Shown here piece after piece: positions 30,658 to 39,888 of a DNA stretch of 64,000 nucleotides. Where the stretch lies: assembly GCA_963826115.1 (NCBI GenBank), contig CAWGVS010000002.1, forward strand, positions 1-64,000, read 5' to 3'. The stretch comes from an uncultured Candidatus Rokubacteria bacterium (GTDB lineage Bacteria; Methylomirabilota; Methylomirabilia; Rokubacteriales; DASRDR01). The first letter of the stretch is position 1, and each line of letters starts with the position of its first letter. A program made the translations under genes and the position numbers. The notes below the pieces were generated by a model that worked only from the letters and a program-made list of their open reading frames with translations, was not told the DNA's origin and searched no databases.

Positions 30658-31706
30658 ATGTCTGACCCCCTGGCCACCGGCATCCTCCTGAAGCTCGACG
30701 TGACGGTCTGGACCGGGACCGCCGCCCTGAGCGCGCCTGACCTCGGCCTCGATCCGGGCACCGTGGCCGCCCACTACACCCTGGGCCGGAAGCGGCTGGT
30801 GCCGAAGGCCGCCCTGGACCCGATCGCCACGATCGTCCGCCAGGCTCGCTACGCGCCTCGAGGGGCTGAGCCACGCGTTGCCCGACGGAAGCCGCTTCGT
30901 CCTCGCCGCGGCCACCCCCGAGGTCGAGGCGCAGCTCACCCGCACGCGGGCGCGGTTCGGCCAGGCCGTCGAGACGTTCCTCGCCGCGTATCCACGGTGG
31001 CGCGCCGACATGGCGCCCCAGTGGGACGGCGGCGGCCCGCGCGGCCTGGCACACCGCGGGACGCCCAGGGGACGCCACCCCCTTCGTCACGGCGTTCCTC
31101 GCCCGGGTCGCGGCCGCGTACCCCATGGCCGACGCGCTCCGGCGGCGCTTCGACTTCTTCTGGTGGACCTACTCACTCCGGGTCGCGGGCACGGAGCGGG
31201 TGGAACTCATCGGCCTCGCCGACGCCGAGCGGGCCCGCCGCACGGCGGACGCCACCTACCGCGCGGAGGTCGAGGCGCGCGTCGCGGCGGCGCTGGAGCA
31301 GAGCCTCGCGGGCTTCCGGGCCCAGCTCGCCGAGGCGTGCCAGGCCGTGCTCGCACACCTCCGGTCCGGGCGGCCCCTCCGCGAGGGCGCGGTCGCCCGC
31401 TTGCGGCGAACCATCCAGCGCTTCCGCGCCCTCAACCTCGTCGAGGACGACGCGGTCGAGTCCCAGCTCGCCACGTTCGAGCAGACGTGCCTGGACGGCC
31501 TCGATCCGGCGGCGGTGCACCACGCCCCCGACCTGCGCGCGACGCTCACGGCGGGGCTCCAGGCGGTCGTCGAGGCCGCCACGGCGGAGTGGCCGCAGAG
31601 TGCGCTGACCGGCCGCGCACTGCGTCGCTTCGATGTCGAGACCGAGGGCGAACCCGGCGTCCCGGCGACCGCCGGGGCGACCCCCGAATCTCCCGTCGCC
31701 GCGTGA
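30658..31706 (+). CDS. DUF3150-like protein (two apparent frameshifts near 30856 and 31030)
   Basis: LLKLDVTVWTG..L...DLGL...LGRKRLVP N-terminus; continues across three frames to FRALNLVED; RBS AGGAGG. Confidence 0.7.
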
Positions 31707-33683
31707 CCGGCGCACGGGTCAGCCGATGGTCCGCGATCGCCGCCTCTCACCACGAGAGCCGCACGGTGGTCAGGCCCCTCGACGAGACGCTGGCGGCCCT
31801 GCACCCGGGCCAGCGCGCTGGCCGTCACGCACCCGGCCCGGCCCCTGCTGCTCGCCTGCGGGCCCGGCAGCGGCAAGACCCGGATCCTGACCCACCGCAT
31901 CGAGTGGTTGATCGAGCACGAGCAGGTCGAGCCGGCCGCGATCCTCGCCCTCACCTTCTCCCGAGCGGCCGCGGACGAGCTGCGCGGGCGCGTCGCCCAC
32001 GCGCTGGGACCACGCGCGCGGACCCTCTGGGCGGGCACCTTCCACGGCTTCGGGGCCTGGCTCCTGCGGCGCCACGCGACGGCGGTGGGTCGGACGCCCG
32101 CCTTCACGATCCTGGATCGCGACGACACCCGCCGCCTCGTCGCCCGCCTCGCGAAGGACCTGCGCCTCGAGGGCGACCTGCCCACGCTCGTCGAGGCCCT
32201 GGAGCGGGCGAGGACCCCCGAGGTCCCTGGCACCCCAGGCCCGGCGGCCCCGGCGCGGTCCCCGATCGCGGCGCTCCGGGTCGCCTATGAGACGCGGTGC
32301 CGCCAGGCGAACGCGTTCGACTTCCTGGACCTGCTGACGGAGCCGCTCACGTTGCTCGCCCGTGAGCCGACCGTGCGGGTGGCGCTGCGGGCCCGCTTCC
32401 GGGCGGTGCTGGTCGACGAGGCGCAGGACCTGTGCGCCCTGCAGCACGCGCTCATCGAGGCGCTCGCCGCCCCGGACGGGGCGCTGACCCTCGCCGGCGA
32501 CGATGATCAGGCCATCTACGGCTGGCGGGGGGCGGACCTGACGCGCCTCCACGCCTTCGAGCGCACGTACCCCGGCGGCACGGTGCTGGCCGTCGGCCGG
32601 AACTACCGGTCGACCCCGCAGATCGTGACGACGGCCGCGCGGCTCATCGCCCACAACCGGGCCCGGCGGCCCAAGCCCCTCACCGCCGTGCGGCGCACGG
32701 GGCCCGATCCCACCGTCCTGACCTGGCCGGACGACCGGGCGGAGGCCCAGGGGCTGGCCGCCGCCTGCGCCGACTGGCTCCGCGCGAGTGCCCCGCCGAT
32801 CGCGGTCCTCGCACGGGTGACCGCCTGCCTGACGCCGATCGCCCGCGCGTGCGCCGCGGGCGGGCTCAGCGTGCGGATCCTGGCGGAGCGGCCCCTCGCC
32901 GAGCGCGCGGCCGTGCGCGACGTCCTGGCCGTGTGCCGCGTCCTCGTGAATCCGGCCGACTGGCCCGCGTGGGAGCGCGTGCTGCCTGCGCACCGCTGCG
33001 GGATCGGCGCGAAGACCGTGGCCACCCTGCGCGGTCGCGTCGCCGTGGTCGGGGTGACCGAATCGTTGGCGGAGGTCGCGCGGACCCGCCCCCGGCTGGC
33101 GGCGCTCCTCCAGCAGCTCGCGGACTGGCGGGCCGCGCGGCTCCCGGTGAGCCAGCTCCTCGAGACACTGGCGCGGGACGTCAGCGGCCAGCCGTCGAGC
33201 ACGGGCCGATCGACCACCGCGGAGGCCGAGGCACGCCGAACCGAGGACGTCGCCGCGCTGGTGGCCGTCGCGCGGCGATGGGACGCGGACGGCGGCGGCA
33301 GCCTGGGCGAGTTCCTCGACACCCTCGTGCTGAGCGACGACGACCCGGGCGCCCCCGCGGCGACCCAGGTGCTCGGTCTCACGCTCCACGCGGCGAAGGG
33401 GCTCGAGTTCGACACCGTGGTCATCGTGGGCGCCGAGGAAGGGCTCCTGCCCCACTACCGACACACCGTGCCCGAGGCGCTCGCCGAGGAGCGACGCCTC
33501 TGCTACGTGGGGATGACCCGGGCGCGGGAGCGGCTCGTGCTCTCCGTGGCCCGCATGCGACGCCTGTGGGGCGAGGTCGTCTTCCGACCGCCCTCGCGCT
33601 TCCTCCGCGAGGCGGGGCTCGACGTCCAGCCGGCCTCCCCGAGCGCCATCACCCCCACACCACAGGAGGTCAGTCCGTCATGA
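31703..33683 (+). CDS. UvrD/PcrA superfamily 1 helicase (frameshift near 31820)
   Basis: GPGSGKT, LTFS, GTFH, VDEAQD, GDDDQAIYGWRGA, NYRST, TLHAAKGLEF, EERRLCYVGMTRA. Confidence 0.92.
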
Positions 33684-34942
33684 GCCTGACCGCCGCCGAG
33701 ACCACGGCCGAGCGGCTGCCGCGGGTGAGCCCGTCCCGCCTCGAGGCCTGGGACCGGTGCCCGGCCGCGTACCGGTTTGCGTATGTCCTGGGGCTGCCGC
33801 AGCCGGTGGCCGACCAGGCGCCACGGCTCCTCGGGTCGGTGGCCCACGCGCTCGTCGAGACGTACGTCCGCGAGGCGCAGACGACGGGGACTCCACCGCC
33901 ACTCGATCGGCTCCCGGCCCTGGCGCGGGCACTCCTGAGTGGAAAGGCACTGCCGGAGGCGACGACGGCGGGGCTCGCTCGTGAGGCCACCGAGCTCGTC
34001 CGCGCGTGGCTGAGCCGTTGGGCCGTGCCCCTGGCCCACACCGTGGGCGTCGAGCACGCCCTCGCGATCGATGTCAGGGGTGCGCGCGTCGCGTGGGAGG
34101 CTCCGGACGCCTTCCTCCGCGGCCGGCTCGACCTCGTGGCCGTGGAGGGTCGGCAGGCCACCGTCTACGACTGGAAGAGCGGCTGGCTGACCGAGGACGA
34201 CGAGGGCCTGCGGCGCGCGTGGGCGCCGGGCTGCTACGCCGCCCTCCTGTGGGCGTGGGCGCCGCGGCTCGAGACGGTCGCCGTCGAGTACCACTACCTG
34301 CGCACCGGCCGCGTCGCCCGGACGACCTTCGCCCGGGCGGACGCCATCGAGACGCTCGCCTGGGCCCGGACGATCGCGGCCCGCATCGCCGAGGCCCTGG
34401 CCCGCCCGGACGATCCCGCCGCCTTCCCGCCCCGGCCCTCGACCGCCTGCGCCACGTGCCCCTGGGTGAACCGGTGTCCGGCCGGCCAGGCCGCCCTCGA
34501 GGCCATGGACGAGGCACCGATCCCCGACGACACCGAGGCTCGCCGGCTCGGGACGCTCCTCCTGGCCGGCGAGGCGCGCGTGGCGCGTCTCCGCGAGCGC
34601 CTCCGGCAGTACCTCCAGGACCGCGAGCCCCTGGCGCTCGACGGGATGGAGCTCGGCTTCTTCCCCACGAAGGGCCGGTACGACGCGGCGGCCGTCTTCC
34701 GCGCGGCCACCGAGGCCGGGGCCGATCCCTGGCCCCTCCTCGCCGCCGACGGCCGCGCCCTCGCGGCCTTCCTCAAGCGCCGGCCCGACACGGAGCGGAC
34801 CCTGAGCCCCGCATGGACCGCGACGCCGCCGTGGTTCGGTCACCGGAAGGTCGCCGCTTCGCCAGGCAATCGGCGAGCGAGGACGTCCTCGGGAAAGGGG
34901 ATGCCCGCAGAAGCACCAGATCGAGAGCAGCCCGTCCCCTGA
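33680..34942 (+). CDS. PD-(D/E)XK (RecB/AddB-like) nuclease with four Cys
   Basis: SPSRL...CP, GSVAH, GRLD, DWKSG, CATCPWVNRC; ATGA-coupled to the helicase. Confidence 0.9.
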   Translation: MSLTAAETTAERLPRVSPSRLEAWDRCPAAYRFAYVLGLPQPVADQAPRLLGSVAHALVETYVREAQTTGTPPPLDRLPALARALLSGKALPEATTAGLAREATELVRAWLSRWAVPLAHTVGVEHALAIDVRGARVAWEAPDAFLRGRLDLVAVEGRQATVYDWKSGWLTEDDEGLRRAWAPGCYAALLWAWAPRLETVAVEYHYLRTGRVARTTFARADAIETLAWARTIAARIAEALARPDDPAAFPPRPSTACATCPWVNRCPAGQAALEAMDEAPIPDDTEARRLGTLLLAGEARVARLRERLRQYLQDREPLALDGMELGFFPTKGRYDAAAVFRAATEAGADPWPLLAADGRALAAFLKRRPDTERTLSPAWTATPPWFGHRKVAASPGNRRARTSSGKGMPAEAPDREQPVP

Positions 34943-35067
34943 TCCTCCCCGGCCACGTCAAGTGCAACCCGATCGCGCCTGGTTCGGGACGCGGGGACTC
35001 CCAATCCCCCAGGGTGACGGCTTCGTGCACGAGCTTGGAGACCCCGCCGACGACGCAAGGAGAACGC

Positions 35068-35283
35068 ATGCCCACCCTCGGCATCCGACAGGAGCCCACA
35101 GCCCCGGCAACTCCCGTTGCGGAGATTCCGGACCGGCACCAGCGACCCGGAGTCATCATCACCGGGTCGTGCTCGGACTCCGCGTTCGTGGCGGCCAAGG
35201 TCCTCATCTGCGCCGACACGCTCAGCGCCGAGGAAGCGATCCGGGTCTGGCTCGAAGCACACGGCATCCGGGTGGGCGGCTGA
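35068..35283 (+). CDS. Small hypothetical protein
   Basis: RBS AAGGAG; 71 aa. Confidence 0.45.
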   Translation: MPTLGIRQEPTAPATPVAEIPDRHQRPGVIITGSCSDSAFVAAKVLICADTLSAEEAIRVWLEAHGIRVGG

Positions 35284-35448
35284 CTCCGGCTTCGCCGACC
35301 GGTCGAGGACACGCGTGAGCCAGCCGTCGACCAACTCAGTGGAGCCGCCCTCCGCCAGCACTCCGACCGCGCTCCGGGGCCATCGGGGCAACCGAAGCAG
35401 TCAATCCGATGAGCGCCAGAACCTGTCGACGGTGCCGAAAGAGGACAG

Positions 35449-35827
35449 ATGAGCACGTCGCCTTCCTCTCAGTGACGCGAGCCAACGGCTCAGAGCAAAT
35501 CCGCCTTCACCGAGTTTCCCTGGTCGCCGCGGGCGGCCGAGGAAGGCTTCCACCGATGGCGGGGCCACCGCCGGTGGCCGCGGACCGGCAAGCGGGACAC
35601 GGGGCGCGTCAGAGGGACGGCCGCGGGTCGGACAGGTCAGCATCGCGACCCTGTCACCCCGCCTCCTACCCGCTCGGGAAGCCGCGAAATACCTGGGGGT
35701 CAGCTACGACAAGCTACTCGATCTTCGCTCGGCCGGAACCGTTCGACCGCTGTCCATCCCGGGTCTGCGGAAACTCGTGTTCGACGTCCGGGAGTTGGAC
35801 GACCTGGTTGAGCGGTGGCGAGCCTGA
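35449..35827 (+). CDS. Excisionase-like HTH protein (start uncertain or frameshifted)
   Basis: Manual translation ...GRRGRPRK...PRLLPAREAAKYLGVSYDKLLDL...LVFDVRELDDLVERWRA*; immediately upstream of the integrase. Confidence 0.7.
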
Positions 35828-35922
35828 CCTGACCCGGCCTCGTCCAGCTTCCCTCAAGTGACCCGTCGTGGAAGCACCAGAGATGGCAAGGCCCGTGTGG
35901 GCATGAACACGGGGGAGGAGCG

Positions 35923-36978
35923 ATGGGATCGTTGTTCAGGCGGACGAACTCCCGGAACTGGTGGATCAAGTACTGGGCGAACGGGCGTCAGCACCGGGAG
36001 AGCACGCGGACCGAAAAGGAGAGTGAGGCACGACGGGTCCTCAAGGAGCGGGAGGGGCGCGTGGCGGCGGGACAGCCCGTGCTCAACCGCGCAGACCGCG
36101 TCCGGTACGACGAAGTCGCCCAGGATCTTCGGACGCACTACCGAACCACGGGATCGAGGAATGTCGAAGAGGCCGGGTACCGGCTCGATCATCTGGACGC
36201 TTTCTTTTCCGGGTATCGCGTCGCGCAGATCACCCCTCGGCATGTCGAGAAGTACGTGGAGAAGCGCCAGGCCGGGGGGACCTCGAACGGAACGATCAAC
36301 CGCGAGGTGGCCGTCTTGATTCGCATGCTCCGGTTGGCCTACGAATCGGGAAAGCTTCTGCGCGTCCCGGTGATCCACAAGTTGAAAGAAGGCGCGCCAC
36401 GCCGGGGATTCTTCGAGCGCGAGCAGTACGAGGCCGTGCGGCGGTACCTTTCCCCCGACCTGCAGGTCGCCGTGGCACTCGAGTACGCGTTCGGCTGGCG
36501 ATGTCAGAGCGAGGTGCTCACCCTGCAACGGCGCCAGCTCGATGTCGAGGCCGGCACCCTGCGCCTCGAACCGGGCACCACGAAGAACGACGAGGGGCGG
36601 GTCGTGTATCTCCCGGCGGACCTCAAGAGCCAGCTGGTGGAGCAACTCGAACGCGTGCGGGCACTGGAACGGAAGACCGGGAGGATCGTTCCGCATCTGT
36701 TTCCGCACCTTCGAGGACGACACCAAGGCCAGCGGATTCGGGACTTCAGACGGGCGTGGGTGACGGCCTGCCGAAGGGCAGGCGTGCCCGAGATGCTACG
36801 TCACGACTTCCGGCGCACCGCCGTTCGGAACCTGGTCAACGCCGGAGTGCCGGAGCGGGTCGCCATGACCGTGACGGGCCATCGCACTCGGAGCGTGTTC
36901 GACCGGTACCACATCGTGAGTCCGGCAGACTTGCGGGACGTTGCCCGGCGGCTCACCCCGCCCGAGGACCCACGCTGA
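35923..36978 (+). CDS. int: Tyrosine recombinase/integrase
   Basis: GWRCQSE (R), TKN (K), HDFRR, TGH, DRY catalytic set; N-terminal arm-binding WWIKYW segment. Confidence 0.95.
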   Translation: MGSLFRRTNSRNWWIKYWANGRQHRESTRTEKESEARRVLKEREGRVAAGQPVLNRADRVRYDEVAQDLRTHYRTTGSRNVEEAGYRLDHLDAFFSGYRVAQITPRHVEKYVEKRQAGGTSNGTINREVAVLIRMLRLAYESGKLLRVPVIHKLKEGAPRRGFFEREQYEAVRRYLSPDLQVAVALEYAFGWRCQSEVLTLQRRQLDVEAGTLRLEPGTTKNDEGRVVYLPADLKSQLVEQLERVRALERKTGRIVPHLFPHLRGRHQGQRIRDFRRAWVTACRRAGVPEMLRHDFRRTAVRNLVNAGVPERVAMTVTGHRTRSVFDRYHIVSPADLRDVARRLTPPEDPR

Positions 36979-37032
36979 ACCGGCTACATTTCCGGGTCCA
37001 GCCAGGGGCGGGCACTCGCACAGCCCCCTGGC
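36809..37032 (+). repeat. Direct repeat copy 1: integrase 3' end plus downstream arm/hairpin
   Basis: Aligns by eye with 47341-47559. Confidence 0.92.
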
Positions 37033-37347
37033 CAGGCGGAGGTGTGCGTACCCACGCACAGTTGCTGAGGTACAGATGCTGCGTCTGCGCTCAGCGGTCG
37101 TCGGGCGACTCACGAGCCACTTCCCTACTATCCATATTCCGCTGAGTGCGCTAGCCGGGGCCACGCGTGGGCATCTCAAGCGCACCAGCGCACACGCGGT
37201 CCCAGCCGAATAGAATGCAGCAGGCAATTCTGCAGACGGCGGCGAGCCGATTGACCACTTTCTCGCCTGGCTGAGTCCACACGCGTCCGCCTCAGTGCAG
37301 AACGTGCACTGGCTTCGTTTGACGGCTAGCAAGACCAGTGTACGCGC

Positions 37348-39643
37348 TCAGCACTTCCACCACGACGGCGCTCCGACCACCGTCGCTCGATGTTGCCGCG
37401 TTTCGACCACGAGACCTTGCGGGGCCGACAACACCCGCCGGATCGGGTCCTTCGTACGAACTCCGCCGACGCGTCGGCCGGTGGGGCCGAACCACGAGAA
37501 CGCCTTGGACTCGAGTAAGCCGAACCCAGTATCACCAACCATCAGGTCGCCTTGGCCGAACACGTCAACAAGGGCCTCCAGACGATCCTCCGATAAGACG
37601 TACAGGCGCGTGTCGGTCAGCAAGTAGAGATGCGAGTCCGTCTGAATGATGTGGCGCGGGACCGCGCCGAGGTCGTACACACGGACCGGGACGCCTCGGT
37701 CGGACACTTCAACCACCTTTCCGGAATAGCCGGCCAGAAAGACGCGGTTGTCGCTGGAACCGAAGTTCGTGGCGTAGATCCAGTCGGAGGCATGCTTCTC
37801 GGAAACGCCCATGCTAAGGGTGATTTCCAGGCCGAGCGCCCCGCCAGGCGTGCCGCCTACAGGAACCTCCATTCGTTTGCGGCTCAGAATCTTCTCGTAG
37901 GTGACCCGCTCGACCTCGTCGGCGCCGATCCCGCGGAGATCCGCCCCGGTAAGTAGCTCCATTGCGGCCGCGAGCTCCTGGAACCGCCGGGTGGCGTCCG
38001 GATCGTTGGGATTCCTGTCCGGATGCCACCGCATGGCGAGCCGCCGGTACTGGCGGGTGATGTCCGCCGGCGCCACCGGCAGTTCGAGTTCCATCAGTTG
38101 GAGGGCTGTTTCGACGTCGCGGCTAGTGCCCAAGCGCTCCACGCGAGGAGTGGCGACCTTTGTCCACCCCTCCTGCGCCGGCAGTCGGATGCCCCACAGC
38201 ACCTCCCCAGTTGCGGTGGACATGCACCAGGCCTCGTCGACGACGGTCACCAGGTACCTGGACCGATCGGCCGAGATGGCGACGGACCTGACGTGGGTCC
38301 GTAGTTCCCGCGGGTCGATCCCGAGCCGCTCGGCTTGGGCTCGGTACTCAGGAAGGTCTTCGACGCGCTCCGTCAGGATCTGCTCGATTCGGTCCGAATA
38401 GCCGTGGAGCACCCCCTCGCGGGACATGAAAAGGATCGCCGAGCCGTCTGTATTGACGTCCGCGCGGTATACGCCGTGGGCGAGACCACGCTCGGCCACG
38501 ACTGACCCCGCCCGATCGGTCACCCGAAGTACCGCCGCCGCGTCGTCGAAGCCTTCACGGCGCCCATGGGGATCGAGCCAAAACGTCGAGCCACTGGTCG
38601 GGAAGGTGTCTTTGTAAGCGGGGTCCGGGCGCTGTTCCGGTGCGAGCTTGTGCTCAGAGAGGATCCGCCACCCTTCGCCGTCGGCCGCGAAGCGCTGCGC
38701 CGCTTGCGGAGCCGACGCGCGCCTGAGACTCGCCTCGGCAACGCGCACGGTCTCCGCCCAGACCCGGTCGGCGTGGTCCTCCGTCTCCTGCTGTTGCCGC
38801 CTCTCCCAATGCGCCGGTGCCTTTGGGAGCCGGACATACGGGAGTGCGGCGAGGTCGATTTCCCGTGCGCCCAACGGCGAACGCCGTGGGCGCGACCGCA
38901 GCACCGGCGCGATGGTACGCGTGGACGGCTGCGGCGGCGGACCCGTGCTCGTCAACGCCGTGGACACACTCACTGCCGATACGTCGGTGGCGACCGTCGG
39001 GTAGAGCTGGAGGCTCGATCCCTTCTTCACTCGTCGGATCCGACCAGCTTTTTCGAGCCACGCCGCGAGCTGAGAGACGCGGCGGCCATCCGCGACACCA
39101 AGGTGGGCTTTGAGCCCGGACTGCGCGAGTCCCGGTTCCCGGCGCACCACACCCATGATGCCAACCACGAGTTCAATATCCGCTTCCGCCTGCTCAGCCG
39201 ACGGCAACCAGTCGCGGAGCTCACGCACGCCTTCCAGCGCGGCGCGAAGTTCCCGAATACCCTCGCGATCCTCCAGGACCGCCATGAGCGTCGGCGCCGT
39301 GTGCACGGCATGTGACGTCCTGATGTCGAATCTGCCGTACTCACGCTGACACTCCCGGACGAACTGCGACATGATCGCGTAGGTCTCGCGCGCGGCGGCG
39401 ATCGCCGATCGATAGTCCTGATCTGCCTTTCCCCGCTCGATCACCGCCGAGAGCTCGAAGTAGCGGTCCGATCACCCGGCCTTCGACTTGGCCGCCTCGA
39501 GTGCCGTGCGCACTCGCTGGTTCCGAGGCGGATGCGATTGATGGCTTCGCCGGCTCGTCGACCGCTGCGGTGCTAGGGTGTGCAGACGTCGGCTTCGCCG
39601 CGGAGATGTCACCGCCGAACAGTCGCTTCAAGAAGGTGACCAT
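37348..39643 (-). CDS. Large J-domain-containing protein with beta-propeller-like repeats (apparent frameshift near 39468)
   Basis: ITRQYRRLAMRWHPDRNPND...RFQELAAA J-domain; flanking strand-rich repeats; HTH-like segment; start MVTFLKRLFGG. Confidence 0.75.
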
Positions 39644-39888
39644 CGCATCGCCTCGAGGCAGGAGCGCCGAAAGAGAACAGAAGGAATCAAGCGACTTGCG
39701 AAGCGCAGAGTCGGCGAATTGGCTGCCAGTCTCCGGTGGCCTTCCGGCTCATGAACTACCCGGGCCCCCTGCCCGCCGGGTCCGATCCTTAACCCGGTCG
39801 CGACGTCGGCGATGTCCGAGGAAGTGCCAACGTGGCTCGCGCGGCATCCTCGCACGTCGCACCGAGGTGCTCCCGACCGCCGAGGCGT

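Noticed and set aside
25006-31011. Long minus-strand ORFs (25006-26892, 28732-31011) and similar shadow ORFs such as 53049-55301
   Set aside because: Antisense or alternate-frame shadows of motif-bearing genes, expected at high GC.
33680-34942. Cas4 call for the four-Cys PD-(D/E)XK nuclease
   Set aside because: It is coupled to UvrD with no CRISPR context; AddB/RecB-like is the simpler reading.
16900-37032. Prophage or complete conjugative element
   Set aside because: No terminase, capsid, tail, relaxase, coupling protein or T4SS genes recognised. No tRNA-Asp 3' fragment was found by eye at the left end, so that boundary is unresolved.
39472-39474. In-frame TGA as selenocysteine or readthrough in the J-domain gene
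   Set aside because: A single extra base near 39468 joins the upstream MVTFLKRLFGG frame to the main ORF without recoding; no redox motif.
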